Positions 10,073 to 19,752 of a stretch of 64,000 nucleotides of DNA are shown in pieces. The stretch's first letter is position 1. Each line of letters begins with the position of its first letter. A program made the translations under genes and the position numbers. Source of the stretch: Candidatus Haiyanarchaeum thermophilum (GTDB lineage: Archaea > Nanobdellota > Nanobdellia > JAPDLS01 > Haiyanarchaeaceae); contig JAPDLS010000001.1 of NCBI GenBank assembly GCA_025920425.1, positions 92,288 through 156,287 of the forward strand, read 5' to 3'. The notes under the pieces were generated by a model. It ran no database searches, was not told where the DNA came from, and saw only the letters and a program-made list of their open reading frames with translations.

Positions 10073-10434
10073 TTTCCCATCCTCCTCTTATCACTCAAAT
10101 TCAAATCCACTATCATTACTTTAGATGGATGAACTGGATATTTTACCTTTGATCCATCCTTCTTAGTGAGGAAAACGTTATCTATGTAGATCCTATAATT
10201 CTTGAGATCAACTTTCTCCACCGTTCCTATCACCCCTTTGAATTTTCCTCTCATCACTTTCACCTTATCTCCCTTCCTTACTGTAATTCGTTTGATATTG
10301 TATTTCTTCCTAAGTTCCTCACTTACCTTAGCTCTCATCAATTTCCTCCTTATATGAAGAGGAGCAAAGAGCAAGTATTTTCTTTGCTTTCTTGGAAGCT
10401 TGCTCCTCACAAAGCTTTGTGAGAACTTAGCCAT
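10069..10434 (-). CDS. rpl24: 50S ribosomal protein L24 (uL24)
   Basis: KOW motif (RKGDKVKVMRGKFKG) and operon position. Confidence 0.85.
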   Translation of the reverse strand: MAKFSQSFVRSKLPRKQRKYLLFAPLHIRRKLMRAKVSEELRKKYNIKRITVRKGDKVKVMRGKFKGVIGTVEKVDLKNYRIYIDNVFLTKKDGSKVKYPVHPSKVMIVDLNLSDKRRMGK

Positions 10435-10865
10435 TATGCCACCATTAAGGCTATTTTTCCAATGAGCGGGAACCTTTCCACAACCTCCCTAGCTACAGGA
10501 CCCTTTATCATGGTGGCCTGAGGCTCCCCCTTCTTCTCATCCTTTAATATCACACAGGCGTTGTCTTCAAATTTGACTCTCAGACCATTTGGCCTCCTGA
10601 TTTCCTTTTTCTGCCTTATGATCACTGCTTTCACCACCTTATGTCTCATTCCTTCCTCTCCTTCTTTGATGACTACTGTCACTATATCTCCTATGCCTGC
10701 AGTTGCAAGCCTTCTTCTCTTTCCATGATAACCCCTTACAGCGATGATCTGAGCTAATCTCGCTCCAGAGTTGTCAGCTACATTTAAATATGCTCCAACT
10801 GGTAGAGCTTTGGTTATTTTTGCCTTGAGAGGTCTTAAACCAGCAGTTTTTCTACCTGTTCCCAT
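10434..10865 (-). CDS. rpl14: 50S ribosomal protein L14 (uL14)
   Basis: Highly conserved L14 core ([10 protein letters not shown]...). Confidence 0.9.
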   Translation of the reverse strand: MGTGRKTAGLRPLKAKITKALPVGAYLNVADNSGARLAQIIAVRGYHGKRRRLATAGIGDIVTVVIKEGEEGMRHKVVKAVIIRQKKEIRRPNGLRVKFEDNACVILKDEKKGEPQATMIKGPVAREVVERFPLIGKIALMVA

Positions 10866-11190
10866 GCCCTACCACCTGCAGTACCACAAACTTTTTCCCC
10901 CTACTCAGAGGCCTACATTCCCCAATTATTACTTTATCTCCCATCTTGGCGTTGATACATTCAGGGTTATGTGCCATTACCCGGCTTTTTCTCTTTTCAT
11001 ATCTTTCATATTTAGGCAAGTAATGATATCTTATCCATTCGACCACTACTGTCTTACTACTCTTGTCACTTACTACTATTCCTTCGAACAATTTTCCCCG
11101 AATGCTTAACTTTCCATGCCAAGGACATTTCCTATCATTACATTCCTTCGGAGGTGGAAGTAAATTTGGAATTCCTATATTTCTAACCAT
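10852..11190 (-). CDS. rps17: 30S ribosomal protein S17 (uS17)
   Basis: OB-fold S17-like sequence, about 112 aa, operon position. Confidence 0.85.
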   Translation of the reverse strand: MVRNIGIPNLLPPPKECNDRKCPWHGKLSIRGKLFEGIVVSDKSSKTVVVEWIRYHYLPKYERYEKRKSRVMAHNPECINAKMGDKVIIGECRPLSRGKKFVVLQVVGHGNR

Positions 11191-11471
11191 CTGCTCCTCA
11201 CCCTAGGTTTCATTTTAACCCTTTCCTCGGGCCTCCCTATGAGAGTGAGGCCGTTCACTATTACCTTTTTACCTGAAGGTAGCGTGAATTTAAAGATGGC
11301 ATGAGCTTTTAAAACTTTTTTCTCCCCTCTCTTTGTTTCTATCTTCAATAAGTGTTTGGTTTCATCCACTACTTTTCCTCTAATCCCGATTAAATAACGA
11401 TTTCTCGCCCTAATTACTTCTACCTTTAGTCCTATCAATTCATGCCTCACCAGATCTTTTTCAGAGATCAT
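11175..11471 (-). CDS. rnp1: RNase P protein component 1 (Rpp29/Pop4-like)
   Basis: 98-aa basic protein in the conserved archaeal slot between L29/SUI1 and S17. Confidence 0.7.
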   Translation of the reverse strand: MISEKDLVRHELIGLKVEVIRARNRYLIGIRGKVVDETKHLLKIETKRGEKKVLKAHAIFKFTLPSGKKVIVNGLTLIGRPEERVKMKPRVRSRWLEI

Positions 11472-11515
11472 CTATTCTTAGCTAAATTTGACTTCGCATT
11501 TTTGAATCTCTGGAA

Positions 11516-11821
11516 TTAGAGTGTTTCGATGATGTCTTCTGGGAATCCCTGCTGCACCAAGAGCTCTTTTACTTTCGCTCTATGATCTCCTCTGAGTTCA
11601 ATTACATCGTCCTTGAACGTCCCTCCACATGCTAATTTGGTCTTCAGGAATTTGAGTAGAGATTTTACATCCACTGTTTTCTTGTCAACACCCTCGATTA
11701 TGGTTACTGTTCTTCCAAATCTCTTCTTTTCAGTTCTTATCCTTATCCTCTCCTTCTCAGCTGAGATCAGTTTACAGGTGCAAAGATCTTTCGGCAATCC
11801 ACAGACTGGACAGTTTTCCAT
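11516..11821 (-). CDS. sui1: translation initiation factor SUI1 (aIF1)
   Basis: SUI1-fold sequence (RTEKKRFGRTVTIIEG...ACGGT...IELRGDH). Confidence 0.8.
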   Translation of the reverse strand: MENCPVCGLPKDLCTCKLISAEKERIRIRTEKKRFGRTVTIIEGVDKKTVDVKSLLKFLKTKLACGGTFKDDVIELRGDHRAKVKELLVQQGFPEDIIETL

Positions 11822-11823
11822 CT

Positions 11824-12030
11824 TTACTTCTTAATCCCCCTTTCCCTAAGCACAGTAAGTATCCTAGCGATGGTTTTTCTAATTTCCCTCACCTTTCCAG
11901 GATTATCAGGAGTCATATGGGCTCTTATCTTGCCCCGAATGTTGAGTAGTTCCAACCTAAGCTCATCTAACTTTTTCTGTAGCTCTTCATTTTTCATTTC
12001 TCTAAGTTTTTTCAAGCTTAGAATTGCCAT
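11824..12030 (-). CDS. rpl29: 50S ribosomal protein L29 (uL29)
   Basis: 68-aa helical protein with L29-like sequence, adjacent to S3. Confidence 0.8.
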   Translation of the reverse strand: MAILSLKKLREMKNEELQKKLDELRLELLNIRGKIRAHMTPDNPGKVREIRKTIARILTVLRERGIKK

Positions 12031-12664
12031 CTGAATCCATTTCCTCCTTTACTTCCTCTACCTTTATCTCCTTTTTGATCTTTACGTTATCTGGAAGCTC
12101 TACATTTGGAGGAAGGATTTTTACCGAAACTCCAATTATGCCTGCAGGAAGAAGAATTTGCTTTTTAGCTTTCAATACATAGTTGTCAGCTATATAACCA
12201 CTTTTCGGCAAGTATCCTCCAGTGAATTTCCAGGAAGCGGCCTTGCTTCCAGGAACCTTTCCACTAATCACTATTTCAGCCCCTATAGCTCCGGCATTCA
12301 AGATGTTCTGGAGGTTTCCATATCCAACAGCCTTGAACTTTTGCACTCCAAATCTAGCCAATTGGAGGCATACCTTCTGAGCCACTATCTGGGGATCCAG
12401 AAATATATTTTCTATTACTTGCACATCTATCTTAGGATTCTCAAGCTTATACTTCTCCTTGAGAATTTGAGTGATTCTCTCTATGTTTTCCCCTCCCCTC
12501 CCAATTACTGCCCCTGGACGGGATGTGTAGATTATTATTCTATGGCCCACAGGAGTACTCTGAATGGAAATGTGAGAATAACCGCGATGCATAAATTCCT
12601 TCTCGAGGAATTCCTTAACCTTAAGTTCCCTGATACTCTCTTCTATGAATTTCCTTTCTATCAC
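12002..12664 (-). CDS. rps3: 30S ribosomal protein S3 (uS3)
   Basis: KH-domain S3-like sequence, 220 aa. Confidence 0.9.
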   Translation of the reverse strand: MIERKFIEESIRELKVKEFLEKEFMHRGYSHISIQSTPVGHRIIIYTSRPGAVIGRGGENIERITQILKEKYKLENPKIDVQVIENIFLDPQIVAQKVCLQLARFGVQKFKAVGYGNLQNILNAGAIGAEIVISGKVPGSKAASWKFTGGYLPKSGYIADNYVLKAKKQILLPAGIIGVSVKILPPNVELPDNVKIKKEIKVEEVKEEMDSDGNSKLEKT

Positions 12665-13116
12665 TTCTCCTCACCTCTTTTATCCTCTGCACTTTCCATC
12701 GCTTTTTCCTCTGTCTTCTTTTCCATCATCTCCTCAACTTCCACTAAGATATGGGTAGATTTTTTAAATCCTAACTTTACTTTCTCCTTAGATACAGCCC
12801 TATTCGCCTCTATTTTTGAGATATATAGCTTCTGCACATCTAATCCCTTAGCCTTAGCATTTGCTACCGCATTCTCTATAACTTTCTTTATATATTTGCA
12901 TTCCTTTACAGGAAATCTTCCAGGTCCAAGCTTACCTCTACGGTGAGGCATGTCTCTCTTGTATCTGAAGAAAGGTATTGCCCTCCTCTTTTCTATTACT
13001 TCGTCTAACAATTTAATTGCCTTAAGTACTTCTTTTCCCCTTATGAATCGACATACATTTACAGAATCTTTGAATGAAATTGGCAAATCCAAACCTTTTG
13101 CAGAAGCCTTCCTCAT
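12661..13116 (-). CDS. rpl22: 50S ribosomal protein L22 (uL22)
   Basis: L22-like sequence between S19 and S3. Confidence 0.85.
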   Translation of the reverse strand: MRKASAKGLDLPISFKDSVNVCRFIRGKEVLKAIKLLDEVIEKRRAIPFFRYKRDMPHRRGKLGPGRFPVKECKYIKKVIENAVANAKAKGLDVQKLYISKIEANRAVSKEKVKLGFKKSTHILVEVEEMMEKKTEEKAMESAEDKRGEEK

Positions 13117-13505
13117 TTCACTGCAATTGCCGTACTAGATTTCGTAGCTCCTATTCCAGGAGCGGAGTGCTCCACCTTCTTCCTAGTAAGAGCAAATTCT
13201 CCGAGTCTATGTCCGATCATTTCTGGCCTGATTTCCACATATTTATACTCCTTGCCTGCATGTACTCCGATTGTTACCCCAACCATGCATGGAAGCACGA
13301 TCATATCCCTGCAGTGGGTTCTGATAGGTTTATTTAATCCCTTCCTCCTATATTCCTCTATCTTCTCTAATAGCTTCTTTTGTTCCTTTGTAAGCCCTCT
13401 CAAAAGACTTCTCCTCTCTCTAGCTGGAAGTAGCTTAGCAAACTCATTCAAACTCATCTTCTGAAGTTCTTCCAAAGTGTACCCCCTATATCTGAACTCT
13501 GCCAT
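13113..13505 (-). CDS. rps19: 30S ribosomal protein S19 (uS19)
   Basis: Conserved S19 core ([19 protein letters not shown]). Confidence 0.9.
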   Translation of the reverse strand: MAEFRYRGYTLEELQKMSLNEFAKLLPARERRSLLRGLTKEQKKLLEKIEEYRRKGLNKPIRTHCRDMIVLPCMVGVTIGVHAGKEYKYVEIRPEMIGHRLGEFALTRKKVEHSAPGIGATKSSTAIAVK

Positions 13506-13506
13506 T

Positions 13507-14223
13507 CTACTTCCTCCTACCAGTCCTCCTAGCCGCTATCGATCCAACCTTAGCTCCGGGTGGAGCTCTTCGGCTTACGGATTTAGACTTTCTTCCGGTC
13601 CTAGCTCTCTTCCCTCCAAATGGATGAGCAGCAGGCACCATAGCAACTCCTCTTACTCTAGGCCAATACTTTCCTCTCCTCTTCATCGCATAGTGTTTGG
13701 CTCCAGCCTTAGTAAATGGCTTTTCAGTTCTTCCACCTCCAGCTACTACGCCAATAGTAGCTAAACAGCTGGGATTAAATGGCTTGAGCTCCCTAGATGG
13801 CAATTGCACTATTACCCTGTCCTTCTCATGGCTTATAATTTGGGCAGAAGTACCACTCGCCCTCACGAGCTTTCCTCCATCCCCAGGTTTGAGCTCTAAA
13901 TTGAATACACTCATTCCATCAGGGATCGAAGAGAGAGGTAGAACATTTCCTGGCTTAAGTTTGGCCCCCACTCCAATCTCCACCTCATCATTTATCCCAA
14001 TCCCGAGAGCAGCTGGAATGTGGATTACTTTGCCATCCTCAAGCCTGATCTTAGCTATTGGAGCAGAATGCAAGGCATCATGAATTAAATCCACAACTTT
14101 GCCCTTAGTTAATCGGTTAATATCTAGCTTTCCGTAGCTTATCTTCACCTTAGCAGCTTTAGCCGGAGCTCTAAACACGTTTTTTCCTTTCCCTCTCCTC
14201 TGCTGTCTCAATCTCTTGGGCAT
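13507..14223 (-). CDS. rpl2: 50S ribosomal protein L2 (uL2)
   Basis: Conserved L2 C-terminal region ([10 protein letters not shown]). Confidence 0.9.
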   Translation of the reverse strand: MPKRLRQQRRGKGKNVFRAPAKAAKVKISYGKLDINRLTKGKVVDLIHDALHSAPIAKIRLEDGKVIHIPAALGIGINDEVEIGVGAKLKPGNVLPLSSIPDGMSVFNLELKPGDGGKLVRASGTSAQIISHEKDRVIVQLPSRELKPFNPSCLATIGVVAGGGRTEKPFTKAGAKHYAMKRRGKYWPRVRGVAMVPAAHPFGGKRARTGRKSKSVSRRAPPGAKVGSIAARRTGRRK

Positions 14224-14474
14224 TACAACACACCTAGTTTAGTGGCAATCTCTCTTGCTTTAAATGCTTTGTTGACCCTAATATAAGCCTTTTTCTCTCC
14301 ATGCTTTGTAGTACATACCCTTACTTCATCCACCTTTACACCAAACTGTCTCTCAAACTCTCGCTTAATCTCTATCTTATTCGCTTTCTCATTTACTATG
14401 AAGGTAATAGTATTTTCCTGCTCTATGAGTTTAACACTCTTTTCTGAGATAAGGGGATAAAGCAATGCCTTCAT
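14223..14474 (-). CDS. rpl23: 50S ribosomal protein L23 (uL23)
   Basis: 83-aa L23-like sequence between L4 and L2. Confidence 0.85.
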   Translation of the reverse strand: MKALLYPLISEKSVKLIEQENTITFIVNEKANKIEIKREFERQFGVKVDEVRVCTTKHGEKKAYIRVNKAFKAREIATKLGVL

Positions 14475-14475
14475 C

Positions 14476-15276
14476 TTACATGAATAATTTTTCCTCCTTC
14501 AATTTCTCCATAGCTTTCCTACTCCATATAGTAAGTCTGGGAATTCCTCCTGGACAGAGAATGAGGGGATTTAAATCTTTTACCAGTACTACTTCTACTA
14601 AATTGCGAGCAGCTTTCATGAGATTACATTTCTCACTTACCACTATGAGTGGGGGAACCTTGCGCCTATACTTTCTACCCCTAAATTTTCCTTTACCTGG
14701 CCTTATCTTCCTCTCCTTTCCCCTCAACACCTCATCCAGTACTCCAAATTTTTCCATCACCTGTACGAATTCTTTAGTTTTAGCTATGCTTTCAATATCA
14801 TCTATGATCAGGGGAATTTCTTTCACCTTATCAAGGTGCTTATGTCTTAACTTTAGCAGATCTTTGATTACTGTGGCTGCAAGAGCTGACCTTATAGCTT
14901 TCCTTCTCTCCCTCTTGTTTATTTTTTCATAGATCTTCTTTTCTACCTTGGGAGGATGAGCTTCCCTTCCTCCAACAGTCTGGGGTGCAAAAGCTCCAAC
15001 CCAATAGAATCTTTCTCCCCTTCTCCACATGATCTTCCTTGGAGTTCTGCTGATCCCATATCCATACGTAGTTTTATAGCTCCTCCTCCTTTTGGAGAGA
15101 GAAATTACTTTCTTCTTACCTGCATGGATATCCGTACCTTTTGGGATTCTGGAATGTGAGAGAATTGCTAGAATGCTTCTCATGATCAAATCTTCCCTAT
15201 ACTCCTCTTGGAATTGGGGAGGAAGTTCCATTTCTCCAATTTTCTCCGACTGCAATGAATAAATGTTCGCCTTCAT
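14476..15276 (-). CDS. rpl4: 50S ribosomal protein L4 (uL4)
   Basis: L4-like sequence, 266 aa, between L3 and L23. Confidence 0.85.
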   Translation of the reverse strand: MKANIYSLQSEKIGEMELPPQFQEEYREDLIMRSILAILSHSRIPKGTDIHAGKKKVISLSKRRRSYKTTYGYGISRTPRKIMWRRGERFYWVGAFAPQTVGGREAHPPKVEKKIYEKINKRERRKAIRSALAATVIKDLLKLRHKHLDKVKEIPLIIDDIESIAKTKEFVQVMEKFGVLDEVLRGKERKIRPGKGKFRGRKYRRKVPPLIVVSEKCNLMKAARNLVEVVLVKDLNPLILCPGGIPRLTIWSRKAMEKLKEEKLFM

Positions 15277-15277
15277 C

Positions 15278-16282
15278 TTATGTTACAACAGAAATTATCT
15301 TTGGAGGCACATTTGGCAATTTTCGATTACTTCTCAGAGCAAGCCTCAATCTCACAAGCCTCTTCTTGGCTCCAGGTACAGAGCCCATGAGTACTATATA
15401 TTCATTTCTTAGTATACCGTAATGAGGAAATCCTCCAGCAGGAGTGATGCTTCCACCATCATTCCGTATGTCCAAGATCCATTTGTTGTATTCGCACCTG
15501 CTGAAGAAGCCAAGTTGTCCGGCTAGTGGTACTGTAAAAAGTACCTTTCCAGGTCTCTCAGGTCCCAGAGTTCCTGGCTTCCTTCTTCCCTTCTTTGCTT
15601 TATGGTGAAGGAGCTTAATCCCAAATCTCTTCACAGGGCCTTGGAGACCTTTCCCTTTCGTAACTGCAAACACATCCACCTGTTCCCCAGGCTTGAATAC
15701 ATCACTTACCCTTATGAGTTTTCCCAGAAAATTCTTCAAGAAGTTGAACTTTTCTCTCACGTCCTTACCACCTACAGCCACTTCGAAGATTTCAGGCTTC
15801 TTCTTGATCTTGGTCAACCTAGGGATGGTGACACAGATAGCTCTAACATCAGTATACTCATCAATCTTAGCTTCCACATCCTTCAGCATCTTCTCAACAT
15901 CCTTATTTTGCTTCGGCAATTTTACCTTCCTACTAAGATCCTTAGCTAATTCCTTACTTATTTCAGCATGGATTTCTGTTTCACATACTAAGCCAGTTGT
16001 TTTTTTCTTATAGAATCTAAGCCCCCAAACTAAGATGGGAGGAGTCTCTAGAATTGTGATGGGTACACTGATTTCCATTCCTCGAGTAGGAGAAAACTTT
16101 CTATTGTCTATTATAATGGCATGTCCCATTCCCACTTTATATCCAGCAAATCCGAGGAAGCGCAACTCCTCAACCTTTGGCCAGTTTCTTATCCTTGGAT
16201 AGATCCTCCTAGCTCTAACTCTTGGGTAAAACTGAAGACTTCCTTTATGAGGGGTATGTGCCTTTCCAATCTTATGACCCAT
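15278..16282 (-). CDS. rpl3: 50S ribosomal protein L3 (uL3)
   Basis: L3-like sequence, 334 aa, first gene of the S10-type operon. Confidence 0.9.
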   Translation of the reverse strand: MGHKIGKAHTPHKGSLQFYPRVRARRIYPRIRNWPKVEELRFLGFAGYKVGMGHAIIIDNRKFSPTRGMEISVPITILETPPILVWGLRFYKKKTTGLVCETEIHAEISKELAKDLSRKVKLPKQNKDVEKMLKDVEAKIDEYTDVRAICVTIPRLTKIKKKPEIFEVAVGGKDVREKFNFLKNFLGKLIRVSDVFKPGEQVDVFAVTKGKGLQGPVKRFGIKLLHHKAKKGRRKPGTLGPERPGKVLFTVPLAGQLGFFSRCEYNKWILDIRNDGGSITPAGGFPHYGILRNEYIVLMGSVPGAKKRLVRLRLALRSNRKLPNVPPKIISVVT

Positions 16283-16321
16283 AGTTAATGTGTAAATCCA
16301 TTTAACTTAAAAACTTTAGGA

Positions 16322-17764
16322 TTAACCTTTGACCACACCCAGTGGTACTAGCCTAGCCACCAATTTCCCAATTCCAGCCCTATCACTTACAATGGCCACC
16401 TCATCTATATCTTTATATGCCCCTGGGGCCTCTTCTGCCACGATCTCCCAAGAAGCAGCCCTCACCAATATTCCCTTCCTTTCCAATTCTTGAGCAATTT
16501 CCTTCCCCCTGAACTTCTTTATTGCAGCATTCCTACTCATTTCCCTTCCAGCACCATGAGCAGTGGAATAAAAAGTTTTCCTTGCCTCAGGATTTCCAAC
16601 TAGAACATAACTTGCTGTGCCCATACAACCCGGAATTAGCACTGGTTGACCGGTTCTCCTATATTTTTGAGGCAAATCCTCACTTCCTGGGGGAAAGGCT
16701 CTAGTGGCTCCCTTCCTGTGCACGAATACTTTAACTTTCTCACCATTTACTTCATGATCTTCAATTTTCGCTATGTTATGTGCCACATCGTAGACTACTT
16801 GCAACCCCAAGGCATCCGGTTCCTTTTCAAATACTTGTTTGAAGCTTTCCCTTGTCCAATGCAAAATCATCTGCCTATTGCACCAAGCATAATTAGCTGC
16901 CGCACACATTGCAGCGAAGTAATTTTCAGCTATTTCACTTTTGGAAGGAGCATAAACCAGCTCTCTGTCAGGAAGCTTAGCTATCACTTCATGATATTTC
17001 CTCTCCATCTCTCTCAAGTAATCAGAACATACTTGATGCCCTAAGCCCCTCGAGCCTGTATGGATCATTATCATCACTTGTCCCTCTTCCTCTATTCCAA
17101 ATACTTTAGCTACTTCCCTATTGTAGATTTTGTCCACCTTTTGAACTTCTAGGAAATGATTTCCAGCCCCCAAGCTTCCAAGCTGGGGTAAACCTCTACT
17201 CTTAGCGGTGCTAGATACCTTTGATGGATCTGCTTGAGACATCCCTCCATTTTCCTCAAGATGCTCGAGATCCTCCTTCCAACCAAATCCATGCTCCACA
17301 GCCCACTTAGCTCCGAGCTGGAGCACTTGATCTAGTTCAGTGGAAGATACTCTTATCTTCCCACCCTTCCCCACACCAGATGGTATATTCCTAAAGATGA
17401 TCTCAAGCAATTCCCTAAGCCTAGGGCGGACATCTTCTTCTCTTAAATTACTTCTCACTAGGCGGACTCCACAGTTGATATCATACCCTATTCCTCCTGG
17501 GCTAATACAACCTTCCTCATAATCTATAGCTGCTACCCCTCCAATGGGAAAGCCATAGCCCTCATGACCGTCAGGTAAAGTAATGGAGTATTTGTAGATT
17601 CCAGGCAAACATGCAACTCCAGCAGCCTGAATCAAAGTCCTATCCTGCTTCATTTTCTCCAGAAGCTTAGGACTAGCTATGATGAGGGCTGGTACTCTCA
17701 TTCCCGGAATACTCCCTTTAGGAATTTCCCACTCTATGTCGCTTATTTTCTTGAGCTCAACCAT
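16322..17764 (-). CDS. rtcB: RNA-splicing ligase RtcB (3'-phosphate/5'-hydroxyl ligase), no intein
   Basis: Conserved RtcB blocks GYDINCGVR, GAGNHFLEV, HTGSRGLG, STAHGAGR in a 480-aa protein. Confidence 0.9.
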   Translation of the reverse strand: MVELKKISDIEWEIPKGSIPGMRVPALIIASPKLLEKMKQDRTLIQAAGVACLPGIYKYSITLPDGHEGYGFPIGGVAAIDYEEGCISPGGIGYDINCGVRLVRSNLREEDVRPRLRELLEIIFRNIPSGVGKGGKIRVSSTELDQVLQLGAKWAVEHGFGWKEDLEHLEENGGMSQADPSKVSSTAKSRGLPQLGSLGAGNHFLEVQKVDKIYNREVAKVFGIEEEGQVMIMIHTGSRGLGHQVCSDYLREMERKYHEVIAKLPDRELVYAPSKSEIAENYFAAMCAAANYAWCNRQMILHWTRESFKQVFEKEPDALGLQVVYDVAHNIAKIEDHEVNGEKVKVFVHRKGATRAFPPGSEDLPQKYRRTGQPVLIPGCMGTASYVLVGNPEARKTFYSTAHGAGREMSRNAAIKKFRGKEIAQELERKGILVRAASWEIVAEEAPGAYKDIDEVAIVSDRAGIGKLVARLVPLGVVKG

Positions 17765-17796
17765 AAAACTACTAATTGAATTCCTTTTTAAAATTT

Positions 17797-18249
17797 TTAG
17801 ATATCTAACACTACATGAACGTAGAATTTTCCATCCTTTTTGCCAACTCTCATGCCATGATAGGTCACAGCTTTAACTACAGCGCGTCCTCTATGTTTCC
17901 TTGGATCGAACTCTTCTCCGAGCAGCACAGCAGAGACCTTAAGCTTATTTCCCTCCTTCCATATTTTAGATACCTTCACTTCAGAGAAGAATATATTTTC
18001 CGAATCATTGATGATCAGAATTTTTTCGAGGAAATCGTACAGAAGACTTTCATTATCTTCCCCTTCTGCTACGATTTCCCTCCTCACCTTCTTCTCTACT
18101 TCATGCAGATCAATCATTACGCTTTGCATAGCTATAGCTGCCCTCTCAAAGGCCTGCTCGAGAGAGTTTCCAAGAGCTTCGAATTCGACATCTGCTGTGT
18201 GTTCCAGAAATTTTATGTACTTAGACTCCATTTTTATATACGAAGACAC
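17797..18249 (-). CDS. archease (RtcB activator)
   Basis: N-terminal FLEHTADVEF and C-terminal KAVTYHGMRV archease signatures; directly upstream of rtcB on the same strand. Confidence 0.8.
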   Translation of the reverse strand: MSSYIKMESKYIKFLEHTADVEFEALGNSLEQAFERAAIAMQSVMIDLHEVEKKVRREIVAEGEDNESLLYDFLEKILIINDSENIFFSEVKVSKIWKEGNKLKVSAVLLGEEFDPRKHRGRAVVKAVTYHGMRVGKKDGKFYVHVVLDI

Positions 18250-18273
18250 AATAATTATTTTAAATAGTTTGGA

Positions 18274-19134
18274 ATGGTATGGATTCAGAGGTTTGATCCA
18301 TGGAGGAGTACCTTATGTACCTGTCCTTTCAAATACTCACTTAATATCTATACAGGATGTGCTCATGCATGCATCTATTGTTATATTACTTCTTATATAA
18401 GAGATGGATTCAAACCGAGGCCGAAGAGGGGATTGATAGGCGAATTGGAAAGGGAACTTCAGCGCTTTCATGCTAGAAGAAAAGTGGTAAGCATTTCCAA
18501 TAGCTCAGACCCTTATCAACCTATAGAAAAGAAACTAGAGCTAACTCGAAAGTGCTTGGAGCTTTTCAAGCGATTCGGATGGAAAATACTAATCGTTACG
18601 AAGAGCAATTTGATAACAAGAGACCTAGATCTCTTAAAGGAAGATTGTGTAGTGAGTGTTACAATCACTACCCTGGATTCAAAGCTGGCTCACATACTTG
18701 AGCCCAATGCTCCATCACCTTCCCTTAGAATAGATGCTATAAAATTGCTTAAACTCTACCATATCCCCGTATGTGTAAGAATAGATCCCCTAATTCCCTT
18801 CATCAATGATGATTGGGAAAAGCTTGAGAAATTAGTTAAGATTCTAGCAAAGCTAAAAGTGGACCATGTGATTTCTTCTACCTACAAAGCAAGAGGAGAC
18901 AGCCTAGCTAGATTAAGCCTGAACTTTCCTGAGAGATACATTAAATTATTGAAGCTCTACTTGATGGGTGAAAGAATCTCCAATTATTATTATCTCCCTA
19001 GGGATCTGAGATATAGACTAATGAGTAGGCTTAAGCAGCTCTGTGAGGAATATGGTCTAAGCTTTGCCTCCTGCAGAGAAGGCTTTAGGGAGCTCAACGA
19101 TAATATATGTGACGGGAGCTTTCTCCTCTCATAG
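18274..19134 (+). CDS. radical SAM protein, spore-photoproduct-lyase-like family (COG1533)
   Basis: CxxxCxxC cluster inside SLNIYTGCAHACIYCY, the characteristic N-terminal signature of this family. Confidence 0.65.
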   Translation: MVWIQRFDPWRSTLCTCPFKYSLNIYTGCAHACIYCYITSYIRDGFKPRPKRGLIGELERELQRFHARRKVVSISNSSDPYQPIEKKLELTRKCLELFKRFGWKILIVTKSNLITRDLDLLKEDCVVSVTITTLDSKLAHILEPNAPSPSLRIDAIKLLKLYHIPVCVRIDPLIPFINDDWEKLEKLVKILAKLKVDHVISSTYKARGDSLARLSLNFPERYIKLLKLYLMGERISNYYYLPRDLRYRLMSRLKQLCEEYGLSFASCREGFRELNDNICDGSFLLS

Positions 19135-19699
19135 ATTTTTTATCCAAAAAATTGTGAACTATAGTAATGCATTGACTGGAGAAGTAGGGTAGTGGGCCCA
19201 ACGAGATAGTATCTTTACAAAATCGCTTTGCAATTTTCTTCTCCCTCCTCGGGAGTCCTAGATGGTCTCCCAAGATGAATACAGGATCTTCCCCAATTTC
19301 CACATCATCTATCAATTTTCCCCTTTCATCCAACAAATAAATGTTTCTTCCACCATGCTCCTCAACTACTTCCTTAAAACCCTTCTTCTCTATATAGATT
19401 CCTGGAAATGCTAAGACCTTTCTTCCCTTCTTATATTTCCAGAGAACATATCTGAGGAGATCTCCTACATCCTTCTTTGAAATCGGCATTTCCTCATGGC
19501 TTATGAACTCAATATGTTTTGGAGGATCGGGGGGGCCGTTGAGGATGATATGAAGATTTACATCCATTCGCATCGCGTTCGAGATGAAAAAGGCGGCGAT
19601 GATGCTATGGCAGACTATGTCCAGCCTTCCTGCCTCCATTAGGCTCTTGAAATTTCCACTTGTCCTGCCATGTTCTGAGAAAAGGATAAATTCTCTCAT
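19094..19699 (-). CDS. trmY: tRNA (pseudouridine54-N1)-methyltransferase TrmY (SPOUT, DUF358)
   Basis: Strong resemblance to the TrmY core (GRLDIVCHSIIAAFFISNAMRMDVNLHIILNGPPDPP). Confidence 0.7.
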   Translation of the reverse strand: MREFILFSEHGRTSGNFKSLMEAGRLDIVCHSIIAAFFISNAMRMDVNLHIILNGPPDPPKHIEFISHEEMPISKKDVGDLLRYVLWKYKKGRKVLAFPGIYIEKKGFKEVVEEHGGRNIYLLDERGKLIDDVEIGEDPVFILGDHLGLPRREKKIAKRFCKDTISLGPLPYFSSQCITIVHNFLDKKSMRGESSRHIYYR

Positions 19700-19752
19700 C
19701 TAATCAAAAAGGTTTTAAATGTTAAAAAGCTTAACTTTACTGAAGTGAGACC

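Noticed and set aside
12158-12946. 262-aa plus-strand ORF antisense to rps3 and rpl22
   Set aside because: Low-complexity Ser/Leu/Phe-rich translation typical of the antisense frame of Lys/Glu-rich genes; the opposite strand encodes conserved ribosomal proteins. The same applies to the other plus-strand ORFs inside the ribosomal cluster (for example 6941..7432, 13697..14083, 14465..14932).
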